Assembly: GCA_036504315.1 (NCBI GenBank)
Contig: DASXVI010000122.1
Location: 1-31,092, forward strand
Source of the DNA: Nitrospirota bacterium
Lineage (GTDB): Bacteria > Nitrospirota > JACRHJ01
Length of the DNA stretch: 31,092 nucleotides
Reading direction: 5' to 3'
Below, piece after piece: positions 1-8,082 of this stretch (positions within the stretch are counted from its first letter, which is position 1; every line of letters begins with the position of its first letter). The notes under the pieces are model-generated. The model worked only from the letters and a program-made list of their open reading frames with translations. It did not search any database and had not been told where the DNA came from. The position numbers and the translations under genes were made by a program.

Positions 1-286
1 GAAGCGGCACCGGAACTATGTCAGAGGGCTTGCTCGCCTCCTGGCCCAGAATGAAAGCCGTCGGCAGGTATGGGATTTTAACTGCCTTATTCGCTTTGTA
101 TATAGGCGCAACGGGTATTATTGACTTGAATAAATACTACCATTCCTATTATTATATATCTGAAGCAAGCTTGATGAAAGAACGGTATCTCGATACGCCC
201 GCTGGCTGAAATCCGCAGCGCGCGCGGACGAGGTAGTGTATTCGCGCGAGCTGTCGCATATTAATATATAGAGTAGGGGACGGGAT

Positions 287-1213
287 TTGAGAATTTTGAA
301 AGATATTTTGAGGATGATGAGGCCGCATCAGTGGGTGAAGAACCTCTTTATCTTCCCTGCGCTCATATTTTCCAGGCACCTTATGCAGCCTGAGTATGTG
401 CTGAAGAGCTTTGCGGCGTTCGGGCTGTTCTGTCTAATATCGGGTGCCATATATATCTTCAACGACCTGATGGATTACGACGAAGACCGGCATCACCCGA
501 CAAAGAGGCTCAGGCCCATCGCCGCAGGCAGGATAAGCAAATGGCTCGCCTGGGCCCTGTTTGCGTCATTTTCGATTTTCGGCCTCGTAATGTCCTATTT
601 TCTAAATTTGGGCTTTGGCCTGATAGCCACCTTTTATTTCATAATAAACGTGCTCTACTCTTCCTATCTGAAGAGGATAGCAATCATAGATGTGCTTATA
701 GTGTCGATTGGGTTTGTCATAAGGGCCGCCGCAGGCGGGCTGGTACTATCGGTCGAGATATCTCCGTGGCTGCTCGTCTGCACGATACTGCTCGCCCTCT
801 TCCTGGTGCTTGCCAAGAGGAGGCACGAGCTTACGGTACTGGACGAGAGGACGAGGATGCTCATCGAATTGTCCCTCGCGGTGGAGAGCCCGGGCAAGGC
901 CTTCAAATACAGGCGGAGCCTCGACGATTACAGCACATACTTCCTCGACCAGATGATAGCGGTATCGACGGCCTCAACATTGATGGCATATATCCTGTAC
1001 ACTCTTTCGGACGACGCAATACACAAGTTCGGCGGCACCAAGCTCGTCTATACCGTCCCGTTCGTGATATACGGCATATTCCGCTACCTCTACCTGATAC
1101 ACCTGAAAAAAGAGGGCGGGAACCCGTCCAGGACCATGATGAACGATATCCCCCTGCTGGCCAACATCGTCCTCTGGGGCATAAGCACGGTTATAATACT
1201 ATACGTTTTTTAA
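287..1213 (+). CDS. UbiA-family prenyltransferase, decaprenyl-phosphate phosphoribosyltransferase (DPPRS, Rv3806c-like) type
   Basis: 308-aa polytopic membrane protein. It carries the UbiA Asp-rich motif FNDLMDYDEDRHHPTKRLRPIAAGRIS (NDxxDxxxD followed by a basic PIAAG). A second hydrophobic core follows with the DxxxD-like region (RIAIIDVLI). The track starts at TTG 287, which has a GGGGA RBS about 6 nt upstream. In-frame ATGs at 314 and 317 are alternative starts. Confidence 0.75.
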   Translation: MRILKDILRMMRPHQWVKNLFIFPALIFSRHLMQPEYVLKSFAAFGLFCLISGAIYIFNDLMDYDEDRHHPTKRLRPIAAGRISKWLAWALFASFSIFGLVMSYFLNLGFGLIATFYFIINVLYSSYLKRIAIIDVLIVSIGFVIRAAAGGLVLSVEISPWLLVCTILLALFLVLAKRRHELTVLDERTRMLIELSLAVESPGKAFKYRRSLDDYSTYFLDQMIAVSTASTLMAYILYTLSDDAIHKFGGTKLVYTVPFVIYGIFRYLYLIHLKKEGGNPSRTMMNDIPLLANIVLWGISTVIILYVF

Positions 1214-1230
1214 ATACGAGGTGACGCCAG

Positions 1231-2313
1231 ATGGGTAGACCAAAAGTAGCGATACTGAAGACAAGCCCGGAGACGGTGCTTGAGGACTACGGCCGGCTGA
1301 TGCGGATGGCTGGCTACCAGGATGTGGTAAGAAAAGACAGGGATACAGCGCTCAAGATAAACATCTCCTGGCACCACTTCTACCCGGCCTGCTCGACGAC
1401 GCCCTGGCAGCTCGAGGGCGTGATAAAGACCATGCTCGACGACGGCTACAGCAAGGATTTAATCCACGGCTGCCACAACCGCACGGTAGTCGTGTCGGCA
1501 AAGAAGGGCGAAATAGAGAACAGGCACAAGCCCGTAATCGAAAAATACGGCCTGAGGAATGTCCATCTGTACGAAGGCGAGGAATGGATAACCTACGAGC
1601 CCAAGGGCAAGATGCTGGTCCTAAACGACATATACCCGGACGGCATCCAGATCCCGAAGCGGTTCATCGGCGAGAATATTATACATCTGCCGACGATGAA
1701 GACCCATGTGTTCACCGACATGACCGGCGCTATGAAGAACGCCTTTGGCGGGCTTCTGCACGAGAAGAGACACTGGACCCACTCGGTCATCCACGAGACG
1801 CTTGTAGACCTGCTGACGATCCAGAAGGAGATACACGGGGGCATATTTGCCGTAATGGACGGGACTTTCGCGGGCGACGGGCCCGGGCCCAGGTGCATGG
1901 TGCCGTTCGTAAAGGACTATATAATCGCATCGTCGGACCAGGTTGCGATAGACGCGGTCTCGGCCAAGATTATGGGGTTCGACCCCATGGGGCTGAAGTT
2001 CATCCGTCTGGCGCACGAGGCCGGGCTGGGCTGCGGCAGGATAGAGGAAATCGATATAGTAGGGGAGGACATTTCGGATGTGAACTGGCACTTCTCGCGC
2101 GGGCAGAACACCTTCGTGTCCAAGGGCCAGAAGATGATATACTGGGGGCCGCTCAAGCCGCTCGAAAAGATGCTGCTGAGGACGGCAATAGCGCCCTGGT
2201 CTTATGTTGCCTCAATCCTGTATCATGATTTCTACTGGTACCCGTTCATCGGCAAGCCGAGGGTGAACGAAGCTCTCAGCTCCAAATGGGGCAAGCTGTT
2301 CGAAAAATATTAG
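1231..2313 (+). CDS. DUF362-domain protein (no Fe-S module)
   Basis: 360-aa soluble protein with a Gly-rich GDGPGP loop. Its C-terminal segment SSDQVAIDAVSAKIMGFDPMGLKFIRLAHEAGLG recalls the conserved DUF362 C-terminal signature as remembered. The start lies 17 bp after the UbiA stop with a GAGGTG RBS, consistent with co-transcription. Confidence 0.55.
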   Translation: MGRPKVAILKTSPETVLEDYGRLMRMAGYQDVVRKDRDTALKINISWHHFYPACSTTPWQLEGVIKTMLDDGYSKDLIHGCHNRTVVVSAKKGEIENRHKPVIEKYGLRNVHLYEGEEWITYEPKGKMLVLNDIYPDGIQIPKRFIGENIIHLPTMKTHVFTDMTGAMKNAFGGLLHEKRHWTHSVIHETLVDLLTIQKEIHGGIFAVMDGTFAGDGPGPRCMVPFVKDYIIASSDQVAIDAVSAKIMGFDPMGLKFIRLAHEAGLGCGRIEEIDIVGEDISDVNWHFSRGQNTFVSKGQKMIYWGPLKPLEKMLLRTAIAPWSYVASILYHDFYWYPFIGKPRVNEALSSKWGKLFEKY

Positions 2314-2336
2314 CCGAGGCTGAAATTTTGGCTTTT

Positions 2337-2370
2337 AAGAGGCGCCGGGCCGTAAGGCCGGGCGCCTCTT
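2337..2370 (+). terminator. GC-rich hairpin between the convergent genes at 1231..2313 and 2371..4413
   Basis: The arms are aagaggcgccgggcc and ggccgggcgcctctt. The stem is 10 bp plus 4 bp with one mismatch, the loop is gtaa, and tctttt follows on the plus strand. It fits a rho-independent terminator for the plus-strand gene. It abuts the stop of the minus-strand gene. Confidence 0.5.
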
Positions 2371-4413
2371 TTAGTATCTCAGGAAGAATATGTAGACATA
2401 AAGCCCGCTCAGGAATAACAGCCAGGCTGAGGCGAATACCCGTCCGCACCTTTTGAAACAGCCGTCCAGCCCCCTTGCCAGCAGGTAGACCATAGGTACA
2501 AACGCGAAAAGCAGGTGGGATGACTTTATTACCGAATAAATCGGCGCTGTGTAGCTGATCAGCGTGAAGCTGGACCAGGACAGAGCGACTATGGCCACCA
2601 TCGTAAAGCTGAATATCTCGGCCCAGGGGTCGGCCCGCCTTGTAAAGACGTCGTTAAGGGTGCGGATGCTGCCCGTAACGGCAAGCGCGGACGGGAACAA
2701 CGCGAGGGCTATCGCCAGATATGCCGCCTGGAAGTTCTGGAATGCGTTCGGCAGGAAAGAACTCTGCCCGTCAAACCACAGGGTGGTGTAGGAGCCGGCA
2801 AGGAAGGATTCCAGCACATCCGCCTTTGTTATAGGGTCGTCGGTCAGCAGCGGGGTTAACGCGGTATAAAAGTCCCAGTTCCGAAACCCTGGGAGCTGTC
2901 TGAAAAAGAACAGGTCGTGCTGTCCCGCCACGGGGAAAAACCTGTTGAAGTGCATGAGGTTCCTGAAGTAGAACCAGCCCGCGATTGCTAAGATTATCGA
3001 GCAGTAATAAACAAGTTCCTTCGCGCGTCTCCCTCTCGTCTCGGGATACCTTATGTATGCGTATGAGAAGCCGGAGCAGATGCCCAAAATGTTTATCAGC
3101 GCCGAATACCTGGTAAGGAAGGCAAGCCCCGAGAAAACTCCCACCGCCGTTAGGAACCATATATTTTGTTTTTCAATGTGCCTCATCCAGAAATAGAACG
3201 ACATGATGCAAAGGAACATCATCGTGTTCTCGCCGGAAAGTCCCGGGGCCTTGTAGAGTATTACCGGGATGGTGGTGGCCACGGCCAGCGTGACGATATG
3301 GACCAACCTGTCCTTTATCGTCCTGCTGATTATCATAAAAAGCAGCACTGCCGACCCGAAAGTGGACAGTGTGTTTATCAACTGGCCGTAACGGACGACA
3401 TCCAACATCGGACCGACGGGCCCGAACAGCCTGAACAGCGCGGCCGAGATAAGGTAGTAAAACGGCGGGTTGTACATCTGGAACCCGCCGCTTGCGAGCG
3501 GGATGTCCCAGGTGGTCAGGAAATGGTCGAGGTACTGCTTGTAGGGTTCATAGTCTCCGGAATGGATGAGGTCGTAGTTGAACATGTTGTTTATTAGAGT
3601 AGTGCCGAAGACCGCGAATATCAGGGCGACAGATCCCGCGTACAGGTAGCTTTTTATTCTTTCATCGCCCAGGGAAGGCGGCGCAAGCCGGTCCAGCAGA
3701 GAGTCCGTCTTTCTGAACAGGCCCGGGACGCAAAACATGGCTATAACCAAAAAGATGGAACCGCCGAAGAACAGCAGGGCGCCAGGCCAGAAGCTTTCCC
3801 TCTCTATCCGGTCTTCGAGGTCCTGGCTTACCAGCACCTGAGGTTCCTGCGGGGAGCCGTCAATGTTAAGGGGCGCGTATGGTTTCAAGGAACGGACTTC
3901 CCAGTTTGTGCCCGAGTCGAGGTATATTTGGATTCCGTTATCCAGTTGCACCTCGCCTTCAGCCCGGAGCGCCGTCCTGCCCCACCTGTTCCTTGCATAA
4001 ACCTCAATCTTGTTATGCCCCTCCTTGACATATGGAGCTATGTCGAATTTCTGCATATCCTTCCAGTTAAGCTTCTCCGTCTCCTCCAGCGAAGTCAGGG
4101 CGACGCCGTTAATATTGAGGATATAAGAGCGGGCAACGGTAAGCTTGAAGAAAGTCCATTGAGGGGCGGATTTCAGGTCGAACTCGACGGAATAAATGGC
4201 GGGGAAGTCAGTCGGGAAATCGTTGTTAAAGGGAAGCTCCTCCTGGTTGAGTATCCATTGTGGGGAGTCGCCCCGAAGGTACATCACGTCGCGGTCGTAA
4301 AATGAAAAATAGGCTATCATGAGAAAATACGGAAGTATGAAAAGGGCGAGAAAGGCCAAAAATCCTTTGAAGTGCGTATCTGTCAGCCGGGAAACGCTGT
4401 CTCTTAAGTCCAT
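2371..4413 (-). CDS. GT-C superfamily membrane glycosyltransferase (ArnT/PMT_2-like) with an N-terminal extracytoplasmic domain
   Basis: The 680-aa protein opens with a TM helix, then a ~190-aa soluble domain, then more than 10 TM helices. The first extracytoplasmic loop carries HSGDYEPYKQYL...YNPPFYYLISAALF. This is a D-E-x-x-Y acidic motif followed by a PP(F/L)YY element, typical of ArnT/PMT-type polyprenyl-phosphate-sugar-dependent GT-C enzymes. The gene lies 45 bp downstream of the GT2 gene on the same strand. Confidence 0.6.
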   Translation of the reverse strand: MDLRDSVSRLTDTHFKGFLAFLALFILPYFLMIAYFSFYDRDVMYLRGDSPQWILNQEELPFNNDFPTDFPAIYSVEFDLKSAPQWTFFKLTVARSYILNINGVALTSLEETEKLNWKDMQKFDIAPYVKEGHNKIEVYARNRWGRTALRAEGEVQLDNGIQIYLDSGTNWEVRSLKPYAPLNIDGSPQEPQVLVSQDLEDRIERESFWPGALLFFGGSIFLVIAMFCVPGLFRKTDSLLDRLAPPSLGDERIKSYLYAGSVALIFAVFGTTLINNMFNYDLIHSGDYEPYKQYLDHFLTTWDIPLASGGFQMYNPPFYYLISAALFRLFGPVGPMLDVVRYGQLINTLSTFGSAVLLFMIISRTIKDRLVHIVTLAVATTIPVILYKAPGLSGENTMMFLCIMSFYFWMRHIEKQNIWFLTAVGVFSGLAFLTRYSALINILGICSGFSYAYIRYPETRGRRAKELVYYCSIILAIAGWFYFRNLMHFNRFFPVAGQHDLFFFRQLPGFRNWDFYTALTPLLTDDPITKADVLESFLAGSYTTLWFDGQSSFLPNAFQNFQAAYLAIALALFPSALAVTGSIRTLNDVFTRRADPWAEIFSFTMVAIVALSWSSFTLISYTAPIYSVIKSSHLLFAFVPMVYLLARGLDGCFKRCGRVFASAWLLFLSGLYVYIFFLRY

Positions 4414-4458
4414 GTCAGTTCTTCCTTAAAACTCTTCGGGACCGTTGGTCCCTGACTT

Positions 4459-5145
4459 TTACCTGAGGATATTATATTTAAAAATGCACCAAAGTGCCCG
4501 GAAGCCGTCCTTCCAGCATATCTTTTTTCCTTCTTCGTATGTCCTGCCCATGTAGGAGGTGCCTACTTCGTAAATGCGGCAGTGCTTTTTGGCGAACTTG
4601 GCCGTAAGCTCCGGCTCGATGCCGAAACCCCGCTCTTCGATATTGACGCCTTTAATGATTGAGGCCGTGAAGGCCTTGTAGCAGGTCTCCATGTCGGTCA
4701 GGTTTATGTTGGTAAACATATTGGAAACCAGGGTCAAAAACCTGTTTCCTACGCTGTGCCAGTAATAAAGCACGCGCCTCTTCTCGCCGGACATGAAGCG
4801 CGAGCCGTAGACGACGTCCGCAGTCCCTTCCGCGAGCGGGCCTATGAGCCTCCCGTACTCCGCCGGGTTATATTCGAGGTCGGCGTCCTGAAATATTATG
4901 AAGTCGCCTTTGGCCGCCGCGATACCGGATGACAGGGCAGCGCCCTTGCCCATATTCCTGTCATGGAATATTACCCGGGCGACCTTGCACGCAAGCTCCT
5001 CGCGGATTATTTCGCGGGTGCCGTCGGTCGAGCCGTCGTCAACGAGTATGACCTCCTTAGGCGTAGGCTCGGCGAGTACCCTGCCGACTATTTCCCTTAT
5101 CGTGTTTCTCTCGTTAAAGCAAGGTATTATGACACTTAGAAGCAT
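4459..5145 (-). CDS. GT2-family polyprenyl-phosphate glycosyltransferase (Dpm1/Ppm1/ArnC-like)
   Basis: 228 aa. The N-terminus is [10 protein letters not shown]. The sequence also contains [12 protein letters not shown], a DAD (DxD) motif in FQDADLEY, and VYGSRF. This is the classic Dpm1-like GT-A signature. Confidence 0.8.
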   Translation of the reverse strand: MLLSVIIPCFNERNTIREIVGRVLAEPTPKEVILVDDGSTDGTREIIREELACKVARVIFHDRNMGKGAALSSGIAAAKGDFIIFQDADLEYNPAEYGRLIGPLAEGTADVVYGSRFMSGEKRRVLYYWHSVGNRFLTLVSNMFTNINLTDMETCYKAFTASIIKGVNIEERGFGIEPELTAKFAKKHCRIYEVGTSYMGRTYEEGKKICWKDGFRALWCIFKYNILR

Positions 5146-5208
5146 TGCAGGAAAATATCACGGCGCGGCCTCCATGTCAACACAATCCAAAGCCCTGCGG
5201 AATTTTGC

Positions 5209-5237
5209 TTTACATAGGTTTTGGCAGGCCGTAAGAT
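5209..5237 (+). promoter_or_regulatory. candidate sigma70-like promoter for the 5268..7859 gene pair (divergent from the GT2 gene)
   Basis: The -35 element is tttaca at 5209-5214. The spacer is 17 bp. The -10 element is taagat at 5232-5237. A GGGAGG RBS sits at 5254-5259 and the ATG at 5268. Confidence 0.3.
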
Positions 5238-5267
5238 ATCCTCAAACCACATTCGGGAGGTTTAGGA

Positions 5268-6383
5268 ATGTCCCAGTTCATGGAGGTAATTGAGTTTCTC
5301 GACCCGACCGGCGAAGAGATGGTGCACAGAGTGCCGGAGGAAGGTTCGGGCGAGACAAAGTTCGGCGCGCGCTGCATAGTGCGGGACTCGCAGTCCGCGA
5401 TATTTTTCAAGGACGGGCGTGGCGTGGATGTCCTCGGGCCGGGCAGCCACTCGCTGTCCACAAAGAACCTGCCGATGCTCACCAAGCTGTTGATGCTCCC
5501 ATGGGGGTTTGAGAGCATATTCAAGGCCGAGGTATATTTTGTAAACCGGAAGGTATTTACGAGCCTGAGGTGGGGCACACGCGACCCGGTAGCTTTTAAG
5601 GACAGCCAACTCGGGATGGTGCGCCTGAGGGCCTTTGGGGCGTACACCTTTTCTATTACCGAGCCGTTGCTCTTCGTCAACACGCTGGTCGGCACGCAGG
5701 GCGTTTACACGCCCGAGCAGATAAAGGACTACCTGAGGGATGTTATAATCTCAAGGCTGAACGACCTGATGGGAGAGACGCTCGACAGCATATTCGAGCT
5801 CCCGAAGAGCTATGACGAAATTGCGGCTGCCGTCCGGGCGAGGCTTCTCGAAGATTTCTCCCGCTACGGGCTTGAGCTGCGGGACTTTTATATCAACTCG
5901 ATCACCCCGCCGGAGGAAGTCCAGAAGATAATAGACCAGCGCTCCGGGATGGGCGCGGTCGGGGATGTCGACAAATTCCTGAAATTCCAGGCTGCGGTTG
6001 CCTTGGGAGATTCAGGAAAGTCCGGGGGCGCGATAGGCGCGGCGGTCGGCTTGGGCGCGGGCGCGGGCATCGGCATGATGATGCCCGGCATGATGAAGGA
6101 GGCGATGTTCTCCGGTGCGGCCACGGTTGCTGTCCCTCGTGCGGCCTGCCCGAAATGCCATGGGGAGGTGCCGGACGGGGCGCGTTTCTGCTCAAGCTGC
6201 GGCCACCAGATGGTAGTCGTGAACAAATGCACGAAGTGCGGCAAGGACCTGCCCCCGGAGGCCAACTTCTGCATGGTGTGCGGGTCGGCGCTCTCCGCGA
6301 AGCACGCCTGCCCGAAATGCAATACCATACTGCCGCCGGGCACGAAGTTCTGCACGGCCTGCGGCGAGCGGGTCCAGGAATAG
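5268..6383 (+). CDS. SPFH/Band-7 family protein ('virion core protein'-like, COG4260 type) with three C-terminal zinc ribbons
   Basis: 371 aa. The N-terminal ~250 aa resemble the SPFH-like fold family with an associated ribbon, identified from memory of that family. A Gly/Ala/Met-rich linker follows (GAGAGIGMMMPGMM). Three CxxC-x9-12-CxxC ribbons follow: CPKCH..CSSCG, CTKCG..CMVCG and CPKCN..CTACG. Confidence 0.6.
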   Translation: MSQFMEVIEFLDPTGEEMVHRVPEEGSGETKFGARCIVRDSQSAIFFKDGRGVDVLGPGSHSLSTKNLPMLTKLLMLPWGFESIFKAEVYFVNRKVFTSLRWGTRDPVAFKDSQLGMVRLRAFGAYTFSITEPLLFVNTLVGTQGVYTPEQIKDYLRDVIISRLNDLMGETLDSIFELPKSYDEIAAAVRARLLEDFSRYGLELRDFYINSITPPEEVQKIIDQRSGMGAVGDVDKFLKFQAAVALGDSGKSGGAIGAAVGLGAGAGIGMMMPGMMKEAMFSGAATVAVPRAACPKCHGEVPDGARFCSSCGHQMVVVNKCTKCGKDLPPEANFCMVCGSALSAKHACPKCNTILPPGTKFCTACGERVQE

Positions 6384-7859
6384 ATGCCGCTCACGGTATC
6401 GACAAACTGCCCCTCCTGCGGGGGCGGTCTCGATTACGAAGAGGGTACGAACGCGGTCCATTGTTCGTACTGCGGCTCGGACCATGTCGTCACCGGCCAC
6501 GGCCGCGTCCTGTCTTATTTCATCCCCGAAAAGCTCACGGCCGGCAGGGCGGTCGCCCTCTCGCTTTTAAAGCTGAAGACGGAAGGCAGAAGCGGCTACA
6601 AGGCCCGCGAGGCCACTTTGTTCTTCGTCCCGTTCTACCATTTCACCGCAAAGAGCTTTTTCTGGGAGGCGCAGGAAATAGCTGTGGCCGAGGGTACGGG
6701 CGGTCAGCAGAGCGGCCTGTCTTTCGGCTTCGGGGATGTGGAACTTTCCTTTAAGCTTTCCGGCGGGCCGGGATGCGGCGCGCCGAGGCTCACCGAAAAG
6801 CGGTTTGAGCTTGAGACAAAAGCTATCGACAGGAGCCTGCCGGCCATAGATGCGCCGGGCCTGGGAATATGTTCGCTGGGGCTTCGGACGGAAGTGGTAA
6901 AGCTTTCGCTCTTCGAGCGGAAGAAGGCGGCGGCTCGCGGGATGATTGCCCCGGCAGACCTCGACTGCGGCAGGCTGATGGAGGAGCAGTTCGGCTATAC
7001 CGGCGAGAAGGAAGTCTTCGCAAGGACGGTATTCGCGAAGGCGGCTTCGATAATCTACTTCCCGCTCTGGCTTGTCGAAACGGTTTCGAGGGCGGGCGAG
7101 GGCAGTTTCTGCGTTGTGGACGGGCTGTCCGAAGATGTCTGGAGCACTTTCGCGCCGGTCGATATTATCGACAGGCTTCTGGCGCCCGCGAAAGACGGGT
7201 ACGAGGCGGCCGGGCTCCGTCCGATGAAATGCCCCGAGTGCGGGGCGGCCCTCCCGGTGCGTCCTAAGGATGTCGTGTTCTTCTGCAAGGAATGCTCAAA
7301 GGCGTGGTACATCACCGGCTCGGATTTTACCGAGGTGCCTTTCAGGGTCGCTGGACCCGTCCTTAAAAGCCCGCCGCCTTCGGACCTCCTGCCTTTCTGG
7401 GTAGTCCGCGTAAGGATGCGCGCAGGCGACAGGCTGCTCGATACCAAGCGGGACTTGGTCGAGATAGCGCCTGGGGCCTCCATCCCGAAAGAGTCGGACA
7501 GTGAAATCCCGCTCCGTTTCTTTGTCCCTGCCTTTGATATGGGCAATATGCGGGCCCTCTCCCGGATTGCGCAGGGGTTGACCCGCCAGCAGCCGGTTTT
7601 CCAACCGTCAGGCTCAAAAGAGGCCGGTCTGCCCGCGAGCGGCTGCGCCATATCCCCGGACGATGCGCTCACGCTTGCCCCGCTCATCCTCTTCTCCCTC
7701 ATCCCCAAGGGCAACAAGAAGGCGTTGAAATTTGCCCTCGACGCCCAGGTGGAGCCGGTGTCCGCAGAGCTTGTATACATACCGTTTTCGCGCGGCAGGT
7801 TTGAGCTGACCGACTGCCTCTGCGGCCTCTCAATCCCCGCTGCCGCCGTCCGGGAATAA
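6384..7859 (+). CDS. zinc-ribbon protein of unknown function, internally duplicated and translationally coupled to the SPFH gene
   Basis: 491 aa. The ATG at 6384 directly abuts the upstream TAG stop. An N-terminal ribbon is CPSCG..HCSYCG. A second ribbon lies mid-protein, CPECG..FCKECSKAWY. Each ribbon is followed by a ~200-aa domain with similar hydrophobic beta-like motifs (FFVPFYHF and RFFVPAF/LVYIPFSRGRFEL). No family is recognised. Confidence 0.5.
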   Translation: MPLTVSTNCPSCGGGLDYEEGTNAVHCSYCGSDHVVTGHGRVLSYFIPEKLTAGRAVALSLLKLKTEGRSGYKAREATLFFVPFYHFTAKSFFWEAQEIAVAEGTGGQQSGLSFGFGDVELSFKLSGGPGCGAPRLTEKRFELETKAIDRSLPAIDAPGLGICSLGLRTEVVKLSLFERKKAAARGMIAPADLDCGRLMEEQFGYTGEKEVFARTVFAKAASIIYFPLWLVETVSRAGEGSFCVVDGLSEDVWSTFAPVDIIDRLLAPAKDGYEAAGLRPMKCPECGAALPVRPKDVVFFCKECSKAWYITGSDFTEVPFRVAGPVLKSPPPSDLLPFWVVRVRMRAGDRLLDTKRDLVEIAPGASIPKESDSEIPLRFFVPAFDMGNMRALSRIAQGLTRQQPVFQPSGSKEAGLPASGCAISPDDALTLAPLILFSLIPKGNKKALKFALDAQVEPVSAELVYIPFSRGRFELTDCLCGLSIPAAAVRE

Positions 7860-7878
7860 ATTAGACGCTCCGTCTAAT
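7860..7878 (+). terminator. short hairpin directly after the stop of the 6384..7859 gene
   Basis: The element attagacg-ctc-cgtctaat is an 8-bp perfect stem with a 3-nt loop. It is followed by ttattactt. It is a weak intrinsic terminator candidate. Confidence 0.3.
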
Positions 7879-7884
7879 TATTAC

Positions 7885-7942
7885 TTGACTTAATACAATA
7901 TCTTGTGTTTAATAGTACCTGCATCTACACAATAGAGTAGTT
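7885..7942 (+). promoter_or_regulatory. sigma70-like promoter overlapping two NrdR-box-like palindromes upstream of the RNR gene
   Basis: The -35 element is ttgact at 7885-7890. The spacer is 17 bp. The -10 element is tttaat at 7908-7913. The palindrome atacaatatcttgtgt at 7893-7908 matches about 14 of 16 positions of the NrdR consensus acaCwAtATaTwGtgt, recalled from memory. A weaker copy, acacaatagagtagtt, lies at 7927-7942. A second promoter with a perfect TATAAT at 8041-8046 lies nearer the gene. A GGAGG RBS sits at 8072-8076. Confidence 0.35.
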
Positions 7943-8082
7943 TTTGACGCGGTCCCAGAAAGGTATTTTCGTGCAAGACCTTATAGTTACCGGTCTTTCC
8001 CACAGACTTATCCAGAACTTATTCATAGCTTTTTTGTCATTATAATATTTTAGTATATCGCTGACAATCTTGGAGGCGGATT

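Noticed and set aside
1-286. 63-aa ORF at 18..209, possibly the C-terminal end of an upstream gene
   Set aside because: The region from about 100 to 286 is AT-rich and promoter-like (ttgact..., ttaatatata). The ORF has odd composition (YYHSYYYISEA). It is probably intergenic, apart from perhaps the first few dozen bases.
541-1224. 227-aa ORF in an alternate + frame overlapping the UbiA gene
   Set aside because: Its composition is Arg/Pro/Gly-rich, typical of an out-of-frame reading of GC-rich DNA. The overlapping frame has a clear UbiA motif set.
1584-2228. Overlapping ORFs in alternate or antisense frames of annotated genes
   Set aside because: Examples are 1584..2228 (+), 1621..2091 (-), 5888..6394 (-), 6155..6754 (+), 8629..9138 (-), 9187..9795 (-), 20586..21398 (-), 20674..21693 (-) and 23415..24257 (-). 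These are GC-rich shadow ORFs overlapping genes with clear domain signatures. They lack RBS and have biased composition.
7860-8082. Archaeal-type TATA/BRE promoters, suggesting an archaeal source
   Set aside because: AT-rich boxes occur upstream of several genes. The same regions fit sigma70 -35/-10 spacing and carry an NrdR-like operator. A lipobox BamE-like protein and YbgF-type TPR proteins point to a diderm bacterium.
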